Of a stretch of 64,000 nucleotides of DNA, positions 53,721 through 64,000 are shown piece after piece. Within the stretch, counting starts at the first letter, position 1. Each line of letters starts with the position of its first letter. A program made the position numbers and the translations under genes. Source of the stretch: Escherichia coli (GTDB taxonomy: Bacteria; Pseudomonadota; Gammaproteobacteria; Enterobacterales; Enterobacteriaceae); NCBI RefSeq assembly GCF_016026235.1, contig NZ_CP065613.1; one strand, 5' to 3'. The notes below the pieces were generated by a model, which was not told where the DNA came from, did not search any database, and saw only the letters and a program-made list of their open reading frames with translations.

Positions 53721-55082
53721 TTAGCGACCAGGAAATCCCGGTGGCATCATCCCTTTCATGCTTCTCATCATCTTCGCCATTCCGCCCTTCTTCATTTTCT
53801 TCATCATGCGCTGCATGTCGTCGAACTGTTTCAGAAGACGGTTAACGTCCTGCACCTGCATACCGCAACCGGCAGCAATACGGCGTTTACGCGAACCTTT
53901 GATGATTTCTGGCTTAGCGCGTTCTTTCATCGTCATCGAGTTGATGATGGCTTCCATACGCACCAGCACTTTATCGTCCATCTGCGACTTGACATTATCC
54001 GGGATCTGCCCCATGCCCGGCAGCTTGCCCATCAGGCTAGCCATGCCGCCCATATTTTTCATCTGGCGCAGCTGCTCAAGAAAGTCGTTGAGATCGAAGC
54101 CGTCGCCTTTTTTTAGCTTGCTGGCTAATTTCTCTGCCTGCGCGCGGTCAACTTTGCTTTCGATATCTTCGATCAGCGACAGTACGTCGCCCATGCCGAG
54201 AATACGCGACGCAATGCGGTCCGGATGGAACGGCTCCAGCGCCTCAGTTTTCTCGCCAACACCGAGGAACTTGATCGGTTTGCCAGTGATGTGACGAATA
54301 GAGAGCGCCGCACCGCCGCGGGCATCGCCGTCCACTTTGGTCAACACTACGCCGGTAAGCGGTAACGCTTCATTGAATGCTTTTGCCGTATTGGCCGCAT
54401 CCTGACCGGTCATGGCGTCAACCACAAACAGGGTTTCAACTGGGTTAATCGACGCATGGACTTGTTTGATCTCGTCCATCATCGCTTCGTCAACGTGCAG
54501 ACGACCAGCGGTATCCACCAGCAGCACGTCGTAGAATTTCAGTTTGGCTTCTTTCAGCGCCGCGTTAACGATATCTACCGGCTTCTGACCAACATCAGAA
54601 GGGAAGAAATCAACGCCCACCTGCTCAGCCAGCGTCTCAAGCTGTTTGATTGCCGCCGGGCGATAGACGTCGGCAGAAACCACCAGCACTTTCTTCTTGT
54701 GCTTCTCGCGCAGGAACTTACCGAGTTTACCAACGCTGGTTGTTTTACCAGCACCTTGCAGGCCCGCCATCAGTACGACCGCAGGCGGTTGCGCAGCCAG
54801 GTTCAGGGTCTGGTTCTCTTCGCCCATCGCCGCAACCAGTTCGTTACGGACGATTTTGACGAACTCCTGCCCCGGCGTCAGGCTCTTATTAACTTCATGA
54901 CCAACCGCTTTCTCTTTTACGCGATTGATAAACTCACGCACTACCGGCAGAGCGACGTCCGCCTCCAGCAGCGCCATGCGCACTTCGCGCAGCGTATCTT
55001 TTACGTTGTCTTCAGTGAGGCGTCCACGGCCACTGATATTGCGCAGCGTGCGCGACAAACGATCGGTTAAATTATCAAACAT
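53721..55082 (-). CDS. ffh: Signal recognition particle protein Ffh
   Basis: 453-aa ORF; SRP54 N and G domains, Met-rich M domain. Confidence 0.97.
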   Translation of the reverse strand: MFDNLTDRLSRTLRNISGRGRLTEDNVKDTLREVRMALLEADVALPVVREFINRVKEKAVGHEVNKSLTPGQEFVKIVRNELVAAMGEENQTLNLAAQPPAVVLMAGLQGAGKTTSVGKLGKFLREKHKKKVLVVSADVYRPAAIKQLETLAEQVGVDFFPSDVGQKPVDIVNAALKEAKLKFYDVLLVDTAGRLHVDEAMMDEIKQVHASINPVETLFVVDAMTGQDAANTAKAFNEALPLTGVVLTKVDGDARGGAALSIRHITGKPIKFLGVGEKTEALEPFHPDRIASRILGMGDVLSLIEDIESKVDRAQAEKLASKLKKGDGFDLNDFLEQLRQMKNMGGMASLMGKLPGMGQIPDNVKSQMDDKVLVRMEAIINSMTMKERAKPEIIKGSRKRRIAAGCGMQVQDVNRLLKQFDDMQRMMKKMKKGGMAKMMRSMKGMMPPGFPGR

Positions 55083-55248
55083 TGTCTCTCGCCTGGGGTG
55101 GAAACGGTTGGCCGCAATCGCGACACATCATCAGTATTTTGCCGCAGTATAACATGAAGGCGTCTTTGTTGTTATGCAACGGTTGGAGCAGCGTTCACCT
55201 GACGCTATACTGCTTCTCTTTCTTATTGCTCAAACTGTCGACATTACT

Positions 55249-56040
55249 ATGCCCGTTTTTGCTCTGCTCGCGCTTGTCGCCTACTCCGTCAGTCTTGCGC
55301 TGATTGTTCCCGGTCTGCTGCAAAAAAACGGCGGCTGGCGGCGCATGGCTATTATTTCTGCGGTCATTGCGCTGGTCTGCCACGCAATCGCTCTGGAAGC
55401 CCGCATCCTGCCCGACGGTGATAGCGGACAAAACCTCAGCCTGCTGAACGTTGGTTCATTGGTCAGTTTGATGATCTGTACGGTAATGACCATTGTGGCT
55501 TCTCGCAATCGTGGCTGGTTGCTGCTACCCATTGTCTATGCCTTTGCGCTTATCAACCTGGCGCTGGCAACCTTCATGCCCAATGAATACATCACCCATC
55601 TGGAAGCTACGCCTGGGATGCTGGTGCACATTGGCTTATCGCTCTTTTCCTATGCCACGCTAATTATCGCCGCCCTGTACGCGCTGCAACTGGCGTGGAT
55701 TGATTACCAACTGAAGAACAAGAAACTGGCGTTTAACCAGGAAATGCCGCCATTGATGAGTATCGAGCGTAAAATGTTCCACATCACGCAGATTGGCGTG
55801 GTGCTGCTAACGCTCACGCTTTGCACTGGCCTGTTCTACATGCACAACTTATTTAGCATGGAAAATATCGACAAGGCTGTGCTCTCTATCGTGGCGTGGT
55901 TTGTCTATATTGTGCTGCTGTGGGGACATTATCATGAAGGATGGCGTGGACGCCGCGTCGTCTGGTTTAACGTTGCGGGTGCAGTCATTCTGACACTGGC
56001 CTACTTCGGCAGCCGAATTGTCCAGCAGTTAATCAGCTAA
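55249..56040 (+). CDS. ypjD: Inner membrane protein, cytochrome c assembly (CcsA/ResC)-like family, function unknown
   Basis: Track ORF 55174..56040; start set at MPVFALLALVAYSVSLALIV (263 aa); multiple TM segments, WGHYHEGW-containing region. Confidence 0.85.
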   Translation: MPVFALLALVAYSVSLALIVPGLLQKNGGWRRMAIISAVIALVCHAIALEARILPDGDSGQNLSLLNVGSLVSLMICTVMTIVASRNRGWLLLPIVYAFALINLALATFMPNEYITHLEATPGMLVHIGLSLFSYATLIIAALYALQLAWIDYQLKNKKLAFNQEMPPLMSIERKMFHITQIGVVLLTLTLCTGLFYMHNLFSMENIDKAVLSIVAWFVYIVLLWGHYHEGWRGRRVVWFNVAGAVILTLAYFGSRIVQQLIS

Positions 56041-56084
56041 ACCCAGAAAAGGAGTTTCCCCTGGAACACATTTCTACTACTACG

Positions 56085-57347
56085 TTGATCATTATTCTGA
56101 TCATCATGGTGGTCATTTCAGCCTATTTTTCCGGGTCCGAAACCGGAATGATGACCCTCAACCGCTATCGTCTTCGACATATGGCGAAACAGGGTAATCG
56201 CTCGGCCAAACGCGTCGAAAAATTGCTGCGTAAGCCAGACCGCCTGATAAGCCTGGTGTTAATCGGCAATAACCTGGTCAATATTCTTGCCTCCGCGCTC
56301 GGCACTATTGTTGGGATGCGTTTGTACGGTGATGCAGGCGTGGCAATTGCGACTGGTGTGCTGACTTTTGTCGTACTGGTATTTGCTGAGGTATTGCCGA
56401 AAACCATTGCCGCGCTGTACCCGGAAAAAGTCGCTTATCCGAGTAGTTTTCTGCTGGCTCCGCTGCAAATTTTGATGATGCCGCTGGTCTGGTTGCTGAA
56501 TGCTATCACCCGTATGCTGATGCGCATGATGGGTATCAAAACCGATATCGTGGTTAGCGGCTCTTTGAGCAAAGAAGAGTTGCGCACTATCGTGCACGAA
56601 TCACGCTCACAAATTTCCCGTCGCAATCAGGATATGCTGCTGTCGGTGCTCGATCTGGAAAAAATGACCGTTGATGACATCATGGTGCCGCGCAGTGAAA
56701 TTATCGGTATTGATATCAACGATGACTGGAAATCTATTCTGCGCCAACTCTCCCACTCACCTCACGGGCGCATCGTGCTCTACCGTGATTCGCTGGACGA
56801 CGCCATCAGTATGCTGCGAGTACGTGAAGCTTGGCGGTTGATGTCGGAGAAAAAAGAGTTCACCAAAGAAACCATGCTGCGCGCCGCGGACGAGATCTAT
56901 TTTGTGCCGGAAGGTACGCCGCTCAGCACGCAGTTGGTAAAGTTTCAGCGCAACAAAAAGAAAGTCGGCCTGGTCGTCAACGAGTATGGAGACATTCAGG
57001 GGCTGGTGACGGTTGAAGATATTCTGGAAGAGATTGTCGGCGATTTCACCACGTCGATGTCGCCAACACTTGCCGAAGAGGTCACGCCGCAAAACGACGG
57101 TTCGGTGATTATCGATGGCACCGCCAACGTGCGGGAAATCAACAAAGCCTTTAACTGGCATCTACCGGAAGATGATGCCCGCACGGTTAATGGCGTCATT
57201 CTTGAGGCACTGGAAGAGATCCCTGTCGCAGGCACCCGCGTGCGTATTGGCGAGTACGATATAGATATTCTCGACGTACAGGACAATATGATTAAGCAGG
57301 TAAAAGTTTTTCCTGTGAAACCGCTGCGCGAGAGTGTGGCGGAGTAA
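56085..57347 (+). CDS. yfjD: CNNM/CorB-family membrane protein (DUF21 + CBS pair + CorC_HlyC)
   Basis: 420-aa track ORF with TTG start; an in-frame upstream start shortly after the AGGAG at ~56050 cannot be excluded. Confidence 0.85.
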   Translation: MIIILIIMVVISAYFSGSETGMMTLNRYRLRHMAKQGNRSAKRVEKLLRKPDRLISLVLIGNNLVNILASALGTIVGMRLYGDAGVAIATGVLTFVVLVFAEVLPKTIAALYPEKVAYPSSFLLAPLQILMMPLVWLLNAITRMLMRMMGIKTDIVVSGSLSKEELRTIVHESRSQISRRNQDMLLSVLDLEKMTVDDIMVPRSEIIGIDINDDWKSILRQLSHSPHGRIVLYRDSLDDAISMLRVREAWRLMSEKKEFTKETMLRAADEIYFVPEGTPLSTQLVKFQRNKKKVGLVVNEYGDIQGLVTVEDILEEIVGDFTTSMSPTLAEEVTPQNDGSVIIDGTANVREINKAFNWHLPEDDARTVNGVILEALEEIPVAGTRVRIGEYDIDILDVQDNMIKQVKVFPVKPLRESVAE

Positions 57348-57401
57348 CGAAAACGGCCCTGCATTCGCATGCAGGGCCGTGAATTATTACGAAAACAGAA
57401 A

Positions 57402-58028
<627 letters not shown>

Positions 58029-58040
58029 CTAACTTCGCTT

Positions 58041-58071
58041 ATTATGGGGATCAGTTTCAGGGTTTCAAGGG
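58041..58071 (-). promoter_or_regulatory. Sigma-32 heat-shock promoter of grpE
   Basis: Minus-strand CCCTTGAAA - 13 nt - CCCCATAAT, near-perfect sigma-32 consensus. Confidence 0.75.
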
Positions 58072-58117
58072 AAGCACTCACATTGTCATCAATCTTCGCA
58101 ACAAGGACCTCGGAAAA

Positions 58118-58996
58118 ATGAATAATCATTTCAAGTGTATTGGCATTGTGGGACACCCACGGCACCCTACTGCACTGACAACACATGAAATGCTCTACCG
58201 CTGGCTGTGCACAAAAGGTTACGAGGTCATCGTTGAGCAACAAATCGCTCACGAATTGCAACTGAAGAATATGAAAACTGGCACGCTCGCGGAGATTGGG
58301 CAACTGGCTGATCTCGCGGTAGTCGTTGGTGGCGACGGTAATATGCTGGGCGCGGCACGCACACTCGCCCGTTACGATATTAAAGTTATTGGAATCAACC
58401 GTGGCAACCTGGGTTTCCTGACTGACCTTGACCCCGATAACGCCCAGCAACAGTTAGCCGATGTGCTGGAAGGCCACTACATCAGCGAGAAACGTTTTTT
58501 GCTGGAAGCGCAAGTCTGTCAGCAAGATTGCCAGAAACGCATCAGCACCGCGATAAATGAAGTGGTGCTTCATCCAGGCAAAGTGGCGCATATGATTGAG
58601 TTCGAAGTGTATATCGACGAGATCTTTGCGTTTTCTCAGCGATCTGATGGACTAATTATTTCGACGCCAACAGGCTCCACCGCCTATTCCCTCTCTGCAG
58701 GCGGTCCTATTCTGACCCCCTCTCTGGATGCGATTACCCTGGTGCCCATGTTCCCGCATACGTTGTCAGCACGACCACTGGTCATAAACAGCAGCAGCAC
58801 GATCCGTCTGCGTTTTTCGCATCGCCGTAACGACCTGGAAATCAGTTGCGACAGCCAGATAGCACTGCCGATTCAGGAAGGTGAAGATGTCCTGATTCGT
58901 CGCTGTGATTACCATCTGAATCTGATTCATCCGAAAGATTACAGTTATTTCAATACATTAAGCACCAAGCTCGGCTGGTCAAAAAAATTATTCTAA
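58118..58996 (+). CDS. nadK: NAD kinase
   Basis: 292-aa ORF; GGDG motif; matches NadK (YfjB). Confidence 0.96.
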   Translation: MNNHFKCIGIVGHPRHPTALTTHEMLYRWLCTKGYEVIVEQQIAHELQLKNMKTGTLAEIGQLADLAVVVGGDGNMLGAARTLARYDIKVIGINRGNLGFLTDLDPDNAQQQLADVLEGHYISEKRFLLEAQVCQQDCQKRISTAINEVVLHPGKVAHMIEFEVYIDEIFAFSQRSDGLIISTPTGSTAYSLSAGGPILTPSLDAITLVPMFPHTLSARPLVINSSSTIRLRFSHRRNDLEISCDSQIALPIQEGEDVLIRRCDYHLNLIHPKDYSYFNTLSTKLGWSKKLF

Positions 58997-59013
58997 TTTT
59001 ACGCCAGCCTCTT

Positions 59014-59033
59014 TACTGTATATAAAACCAGTT
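59014..59033. promoter_or_regulatory. LexA (SOS) box 1 at recN promoter
   Basis: TACTGTATATAAAACCAGTT (CTGT-N8-CCAG). Confidence 0.75.
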
Positions 59034-59035
59034 TA

Positions 59036-59055
59036 TACTGTACACAATAACAGTA
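59036..59055. promoter_or_regulatory. LexA (SOS) box 2 at recN promoter
   Basis: TACTGTACACAATAACAGTA, perfect CTGT-N8-ACAG; a weaker third half-site follows at ~59060..59072. Confidence 0.8.
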
Positions 59056-59081
59056 ATGGTTTTTCATACAGGAAAACGACT

Positions 59082-60743
59082 ATGTTGGCACAACTGACCA
59101 TCAGCAACTTTGCTATCGTTCGTGAGCTTGAGATTGATTTTCATAGCGGCATGACCGTAATAACTGGCGAGACCGGCGCGGGTAAATCTATTGCAATAGA
59201 TGCCCTCGGTCTTTGTCTCGGTGGTCGCGCTGAAGCCGACATGGTGCGTACCGGCGCTGCTCGCGCTGACCTGTGCGCCCGTTTTTCTCTGAAAGATACG
59301 CCAGCGGCTCTGCGCTGGCTGGAAGAAAACCAGCTTGAAGACGGGCATGAATGTTTGCTTCGTCGCGTGATCAGCAGCGATGGTCGCTCCCGTGGTTTCA
59401 TCAACGGTACAGCTGTTCCTCTGTCACAACTGCGCGAACTGGGTCAGTTGCTGATTCAGATCCATGGTCAGCACGCTCATCAGTTACTCACCAAACCCGA
59501 GCACCAAAAGTTCCTGCTTGATGGCTATGCCAATGAAACCTCTCTACTCCAGGAAATGACCGCACGTTATCAGTTGTGGCATCAAAGCTGCCGTGACCTC
59601 GCGCATCATCAACAGTTAAGTCAGGAACGCGCTGCCCGTGCGGAACTGCTGCAATACCAATTAAAAGAACTTAACGAATTTAATCCGCAGCCCGGAGAGT
59701 TTGAGCAAATCGACGAAGAGTACAAACGTCTGGCGAACAGCGGTCAATTGCTGACCACCAGCCAGAATGCATTGGCATTAATGGCCGACGGTGAAGACGC
59801 AAACCTGCAAAGTCAGCTTTACACGGCTAAACAACTGGTGAGCGAATTGATTGGCATGGACAGCAAACTGTCCGGCGTACTTGATATGCTGGAAGAAGCT
59901 ACCATCCAGATTGTTGAAGCCAGCGACGAACTGCGCCACTACTGCGATCGTCTGGATCTCGATCCCAACCGACTGTTTGAACTTGAACAGCGCATCTCAA
60001 AACAGATTTCGCTGGCACGTAAACATCACGTCAGCCCTGAGACATTGCCACAGTATTACCAGTCGCTACTGGAAGAACAGCAGCAACTGGACGATCAGGC
60101 CGACTCACAAGAAACGCTCGCGCTGGCGGTAACGAAACATCATCAGCAGGCACTGGAAACGGCGCGCGCATTACACCAGCAACGCCAGCATTATGCAGAA
60201 GAACTTGCACAGCTGATCACCGACAGTATGCATGCGCTCTCAATGCCGCATGGGCAGTTTACGATTGATGTCAAATTTGACGAGCATCACCTGGGCGCTG
60301 ACGGCGCCGATCGTATTGAGTTTCGGGTAACCACCAACCCAGGTCAGCCAATGCAGCCTATTGCCAAAGTCGCATCCGGTGGTGAATTGTCCCGCATCGC
60401 ATTGGCAATTCAGGTCATCACGGCGCGTAAAATGGAAACCCCGGCACTGATTTTTGATGAAGTGGATGTAGGGATTAGCGGTCCAACAGCGGCAGTTGTC
60501 GGCAAACTGCTGCGTCAACTCGGCGAATCAACTCAGGTGATGTGTGTTACCCACCTGCCACAAGTCGCGGGATGTGGTCATCAACACTATTTTGTCAGCA
60601 AAGAAACCGATGGTGCGATGACAGAAACGCATATGCAATCTCTGGATAAAAAAGCGCGGTTACAAGAGCTGGCGCGCCTGCTTGGTGGCAGTGAAGTCAC
60701 ACGTAACACACTGGCGAATGCGAAAGAACTGCTTGCGGCGTAA
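59082..60743 (+). CDS. recN: DNA repair protein RecN (SMC-like)
   Basis: 553-aa ORF; Walker A GETGAGKS; coiled-coil centre. Confidence 0.97.
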   Translation: MLAQLTISNFAIVRELEIDFHSGMTVITGETGAGKSIAIDALGLCLGGRAEADMVRTGAARADLCARFSLKDTPAALRWLEENQLEDGHECLLRRVISSDGRSRGFINGTAVPLSQLRELGQLLIQIHGQHAHQLLTKPEHQKFLLDGYANETSLLQEMTARYQLWHQSCRDLAHHQQLSQERAARAELLQYQLKELNEFNPQPGEFEQIDEEYKRLANSGQLLTTSQNALALMADGEDANLQSQLYTAKQLVSELIGMDSKLSGVLDMLEEATIQIVEASDELRHYCDRLDLDPNRLFELEQRISKQISLARKHHVSPETLPQYYQSLLEEQQQLDDQADSQETLALAVTKHHQQALETARALHQQRQHYAEELAQLITDSMHALSMPHGQFTIDVKFDEHHLGADGADRIEFRVTTNPGQPMQPIAKVASGGELSRIALAIQVITARKMETPALIFDEVDVGISGPTAAVVGKLLRQLGESTQVMCVTHLPQVAGCGHQHYFVSKETDGAMTETHMQSLDKKARLQELARLLGGSEVTRNTLANAKELLAA

Positions 60744-60891
60744 ACTTTTTCCCTGCTTCACGGTCAGAGTAAACAGCAAAACGCCGTAAGACTGGAAAGC
60801 AAAAGGTTTTAAAGTGATGAAAGGTCTATTATCATCGGCATATTACAGATGAGCCACGTACTGCTCGGGCCCGAAAAGGAATCAAATCACT

Positions 60892-61233
60892 ATGCGCTGT
60901 AAAACGCTGACTGCTGCAGCAGCAGTACTATTGATGTTGACCGCAGGCTGTTCCACTCTGGAGCGAGTGGTTTACCGTCCTGACATCAACCAGGGGAACT
61001 ATCTGACCGCTAACGACGTATCCAAAATACGTGTTGGCATGACGCAACAACAAGTTGCGTACGCATTGGGTACACCGCTGATGTCCGATCCATTTGGTAC
61101 GAATACCTGGTTCTATGTCTTCCGCCAGCAACCAGGTCATGAAGGTGTAACGCAGCAAACGCTGACGCTAACCTTTAACAGTAGCGGTGTGTTGACCAAT
61201 ATTGATAACAAACCTGCGCTGAGTGGTAACTAA
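60892..61233 (+). CDS. bamE: Outer membrane protein assembly factor BamE
   Basis: 113-aa ORF; lipobox LTAGC. Confidence 0.95.
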
Positions 61234-61258
61234 TAATAAAGTTGCTCTCAAAGACGTT

Positions 61259-61287
61259 AAAAAAGGTGCTCAATGAGCACCTTTTTT
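61259..61287. terminator. Bidirectional terminator between convergent bamE and ratB
   Basis: AAAAAGGTGCTC-AAT-GAGCACCTTTTTT. Confidence 0.8.
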
Positions 61288-61294
61288 CTGTCTG

Positions 61295-61585
61295 TTATTT
61301 ATTCGCTGATTTTTCTGCTCGTTGCCTGCGCAGCTCTTTCGGATCGGCAATGAGAGGGCGATAAATCTCCACCCGATCGCCATCATGCACACTATCGCTT
61401 AGTTTTGCCGGACGGCTGTAAATGCCGACTTTGTTTTTAGTTAAATCGATATCGGTACGCAATTCCAGCAAGCCACTGGCGCGAATAGCTTCTTCAACCG
61501 TCGCGCCCTTCTGCAGCGTCACTCGCTGCAGGTACTGCTTCTCAGGTAGCGCATAAGCCACCTCAACGGCAATTTTACCTGGCAC
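61295..61585 (-). CDS. ratB: RatB (UPF0125, ubiquitin-like fold), encoded downstream of toxin RatA
   Basis: Track ORF 61295..61669; 96-aa product from a GTG start at [20 protein letters not shown]; overlaps the ratA 3-prime end. Confidence 0.8.
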   Translation of the reverse strand: MPGKIAVEVAYALPEKQYLQRVTLQKGATVEEAIRASGLLELRTDIDLTKNKVGIYSRPAKLSDSVHDGDRVEIYRPLIADPKELRRQRAEKSANK

Positions 61586-62051
61586 TGTAAACCTCTTTCG
61601 CACGAACCGTAAAAGCCTGGACCATATTAGACGCCAGCTCTTTAAACACGCGACCAAAGGCGAGTTCAATCAACTTATTGGTAAACTCAAAGTCGAGATG
61701 AAACTCGATACGACACGCCTCCTGGCTCAGCGGCGTAAACTTCCATCCACCAATCAATTTCTTGAACGGCCCATCCACCAGATTCATAAGAATACTTTGG
61801 TTACTGGTCAACTGGTTGCGGGTAGTAAACGTTTTGCTGATCCCAGCCTTAGAGACATCTACCGCCGCAGTCATCTGCCCAGGAGTGGACTCCAGAATCC
61901 GACTTCCGGTACAACCCGGCAAAAACTGAGGATAAGACTGAACGTCATTCACTAACTGATACATTTGCTCCGCGCTGTAGGGTACCAGTGCGGTCCGGCT
62001 AATCTGAGGCATAACAATTTCCATCAACAAAAATCCAACAAATAATATCAT
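61575..62051 (-). CDS. ratA: Ribosome association toxin RatA (SRPBCC family)
   Basis: 158-aa ORF; an internal start at [10 protein letters not shown] is possible. Confidence 0.88.
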   Translation of the reverse strand: MILFVGFLLMEIVMPQISRTALVPYSAEQMYQLVNDVQSYPQFLPGCTGSRILESTPGQMTAAVDVSKAGISKTFTTRNQLTSNQSILMNLVDGPFKKLIGGWKFTPLSQEACRIEFHLDFEFTNKLIELAFGRVFKELASNMVQAFTVRAKEVYSAR

Positions 62052-62182
62052 TTATCCTGCTGTAAAAAAAACGCTATCCCGGCGCTGGGTAACATCGGGT
62101 TCATGCTAAGATAGAGCCTTGTCCCCCGCAGGATTGATATGGGGTGTTTTCGATTTCAGATTACCGATGATTCACGACGCTT

Positions 62183-62665
62183 ATGACGAAGAAAAAAGCA
62201 CATAAACCTGGTTCAGCGACCATCGCGCTTAACAAGCGCGCCCGTCACGAATACTTTATCGAAGAAGAGTTCGAAGCGGGACTTGCCCTGCAAGGCTGGG
62301 AGGTTAAATCCCTGCGCGCAGGAAAAGCCAATATCAGCGACAGCTACGTCCTTCTGCGTGACGGAGAGGCATTTCTGTTTGGCGCTAACATCACGCCAAT
62401 GGCCGTGGCCTCCACGCATGTGGTGTGCGACCCTACCCGTACCCGCAAGTTACTTCTCAACCAGCGCGAACTGGACTCATTGTACGGTCGCGTCAATCGA
62501 GAAGGCTATACCGTAGTGGCGCTCTCCCTGTACTGGAAAAATGCCTGGTGCAAAGTGAAAATCGGCGTCGCCAAAGGTAAGAAACAGCACGATAAACGTT
62601 CAGATATCAAAGAGCGCGAATGGCAGGTGGATAAAGCGCGTATCATGAAAAACGCCCACCGTTAA
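62183..62665 (+). CDS. smpB: SsrA-binding protein SmpB
   Basis: 160-aa ORF matches SmpB. Confidence 0.97.
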
Positions 62666-62880
62666 ACCTGTACTCCAATTATTGACCAGTTCCTCACCGC
62701 GCCTCCCTCTCCGGCGGCGCGAATGAACATCTTATTGGTTATCACATCCGACACAAATGTTGCCATTCCATTGCTTAATCGAATAAAAATCAGGCTACAT
62801 GGGTGCTAAATCTTTAACGATAACGCCATTGAGGCTGGTCATGGCGCTCATAAATCTGGTATACTTACCTTTACACATTG

Positions 62881-63243
62881 GGGCTGATTCTGGATTCGAC
62901 GGGATTTGCGAAACCCAAGGTGCATGCCGAGGGGCGGTTGGCCTCGTAAAAAGCCGCAAAAAATAGTCGCAAACGACGAAAACTACGCTTTAGCAGCTTA
63001 ATAACCTGCTTAGAGCCCTCTCTCCCTAGCCTCCGCTCTTAGGACGGGGATCAAGAGAGGTCAAACCCAAAAGAGATCGCGTGGAAGCCCTGCCTGGGGT
63101 TGAAGCGTTAAAACTTAATCAGGCTAGTTTGTTAGTGGCGTGTCCGTCCGCAGCTGGCAAGCGAATGTAAAGACTGACTAAGCATGTAGTACCGAGGACG
63201 TAGGAATTTCGGACGCGGGTTCAACTCCCGCCAGCTCCACCAA
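62881..63243 (+). ncRNA. ssrA: Transfer-messenger RNA (tmRNA, 10Sa)
   Basis: 363-nt match GGGGCTGATTCTGGATTCGACGGG...GGTTCAACTCCCGCCAGCTCCACCA; internal tag ORF GCA AAC GAC GAA AAC TAC GCT TTA GCA GCT TAA (ANDENYALAA) at ~62970..63002. Confidence 0.95.
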
Positions 63244-63289
63244 AATTCTCCATCGGTGATTACCAGAGTCATCCGATGAAGTCCTAAGA

Positions 63290-63322
63290 GCCCGCACGGC
63301 GCAAGCCCTGCGGGCTTTTTTG
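63290..63322 (+). terminator. ssrA intrinsic terminator
   Basis: AGCCCGCA-CGGCGCAAGCCC-TGCGGGCT stem followed by TTTTTT. Confidence 0.7.
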
Positions 63323-63446
63323 TATCTGCAATTTGTCCCGCGAAGTCCGAAGAGAACTAATTAAATCCGAACCTTTTAGGCCCATTGATAGGCCCAACGA
63401 AAAGCTCTATTGTTTTCGTTGGGCCTAAACGCATGGAGACTCCCCA

Positions 63447-64000
63447 TGGCAAGAAAAACCAAGCCGTTAACCGATACGGAAATCAAAGCCGCCAAACCTA
63501 AAGATGCCGATTACCAGCTGTATGATGGTGACGGGCTTACTCTGTTAATCAAGTCCAGTGGTAGTAAGCTCTGGCAGTTCCGTTACTATCGACCTCTGAC
63601 AAAGCAGCGAACCAAGCAGAGCTTCGGTGCCTACCCTGCCGTCTCACTTTCTGATGCGCGTAAACTCAGAGCCGAATCTCGAGTTTTATTGGCAAAAGAT
63701 ATTGATCCTCAGGAACATCAGAAAGAACAGGTGAGGAATTCTCAAGAGGCCAAAACCAACACCTTCTTGTTAGTTGCCGAGCGTTGGTGGAATGTGAAGA
63801 AAGCCAGCGTGACAGAGGACTATGCCGACGATATCTGGCGCTCGCTTGAGAGAGATGTTTTTCCAGCAATCGGTGATATCAGTGTCACTGAGATTAAGGC
63901 TCATACTCTGGTTAAAGCAGTTCAGCCGGTTCAGGCTAGAGGTGCATTAGAAACTGTTCGCCGTCTTTGTCAGCGTATTAACGAAGTCATGATTTATGCG
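63447..64000 (+). CDS. intA: P4-family tyrosine integrase, N-terminal ~184 codons; continues beyond window end (prophage/island integrated at ssrA)
   Basis: ATG after a GGAGA RBS; translation MARKTKPLTDTEIKAAKPKDADYQLYDGDGLTLLIKSSGSKLWQFRYY... is typical of P4-like integrase N-terminal (DUF4102/arm-binding) domains; ORF runs off the window so it is absent from the ORF track. Confidence 0.85.

Overview
The window reads as one contiguous Escherichia coli chromosomal segment (K-12-like gene order), running purL - mltF - tadA - pgpC - yfhH - yfhL - shoB/ohsC - acpS - pdxJ - recO - era - rnc - lepB - lepA - rseCBA - rpoE - nadB - yfiC - srmB - yfiE - eamB - grcA - ung - yfiF - trxC - yfiP - patZ - pssA - yfiM - kgtP - rrnG operon (rrfG, rrlG, gltW, rrsG) - clpB - yfiH - rluD - bamD - raiA - pheL/pheA - tyrA - aroF - yfiL (disrupted) - yfiRNB - rplS - trmD - rimM - rpsP - ffh - ypjD - yfjD - grpE - nadK - recN - bamE - ratB/ratA - smpB - ssrA - start of a P4-type integrase. 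Gene calls rest on the supplied ORF track plus recognition of the protein and RNA sequences from memory; no database search was run. Start codons were moved to internal Met or GTG/TTG codons where the track's longest ORF over-extends the known N-terminus. Hand-derived coordinates for RNAs, promoters, operators and hairpins are approximate to about +/-2 nt. I do not see a previously undescribed multi-gene system here: every ORF of 60 aa or more outside the listed genes is antisense to or nested in a recognised gene or rRNA, and there is no CRISPR array. The features that depart from a plain reference core genome are (1) a complete IS1 inserted in yfiL with no flanking target-site duplication, directly upstream of the yfiR-dgcN-yfiB c-di-GMP module; (2) a REP/BIME cluster flanked by perfect 14-bp direct repeats; (3) an unannotated 20-codon ORF with a consensus Shine-Dalgarno between kgtP and rrnG; and (4) the tmRNA/integrase junction at the window end, where a horizontally acquired island begins.
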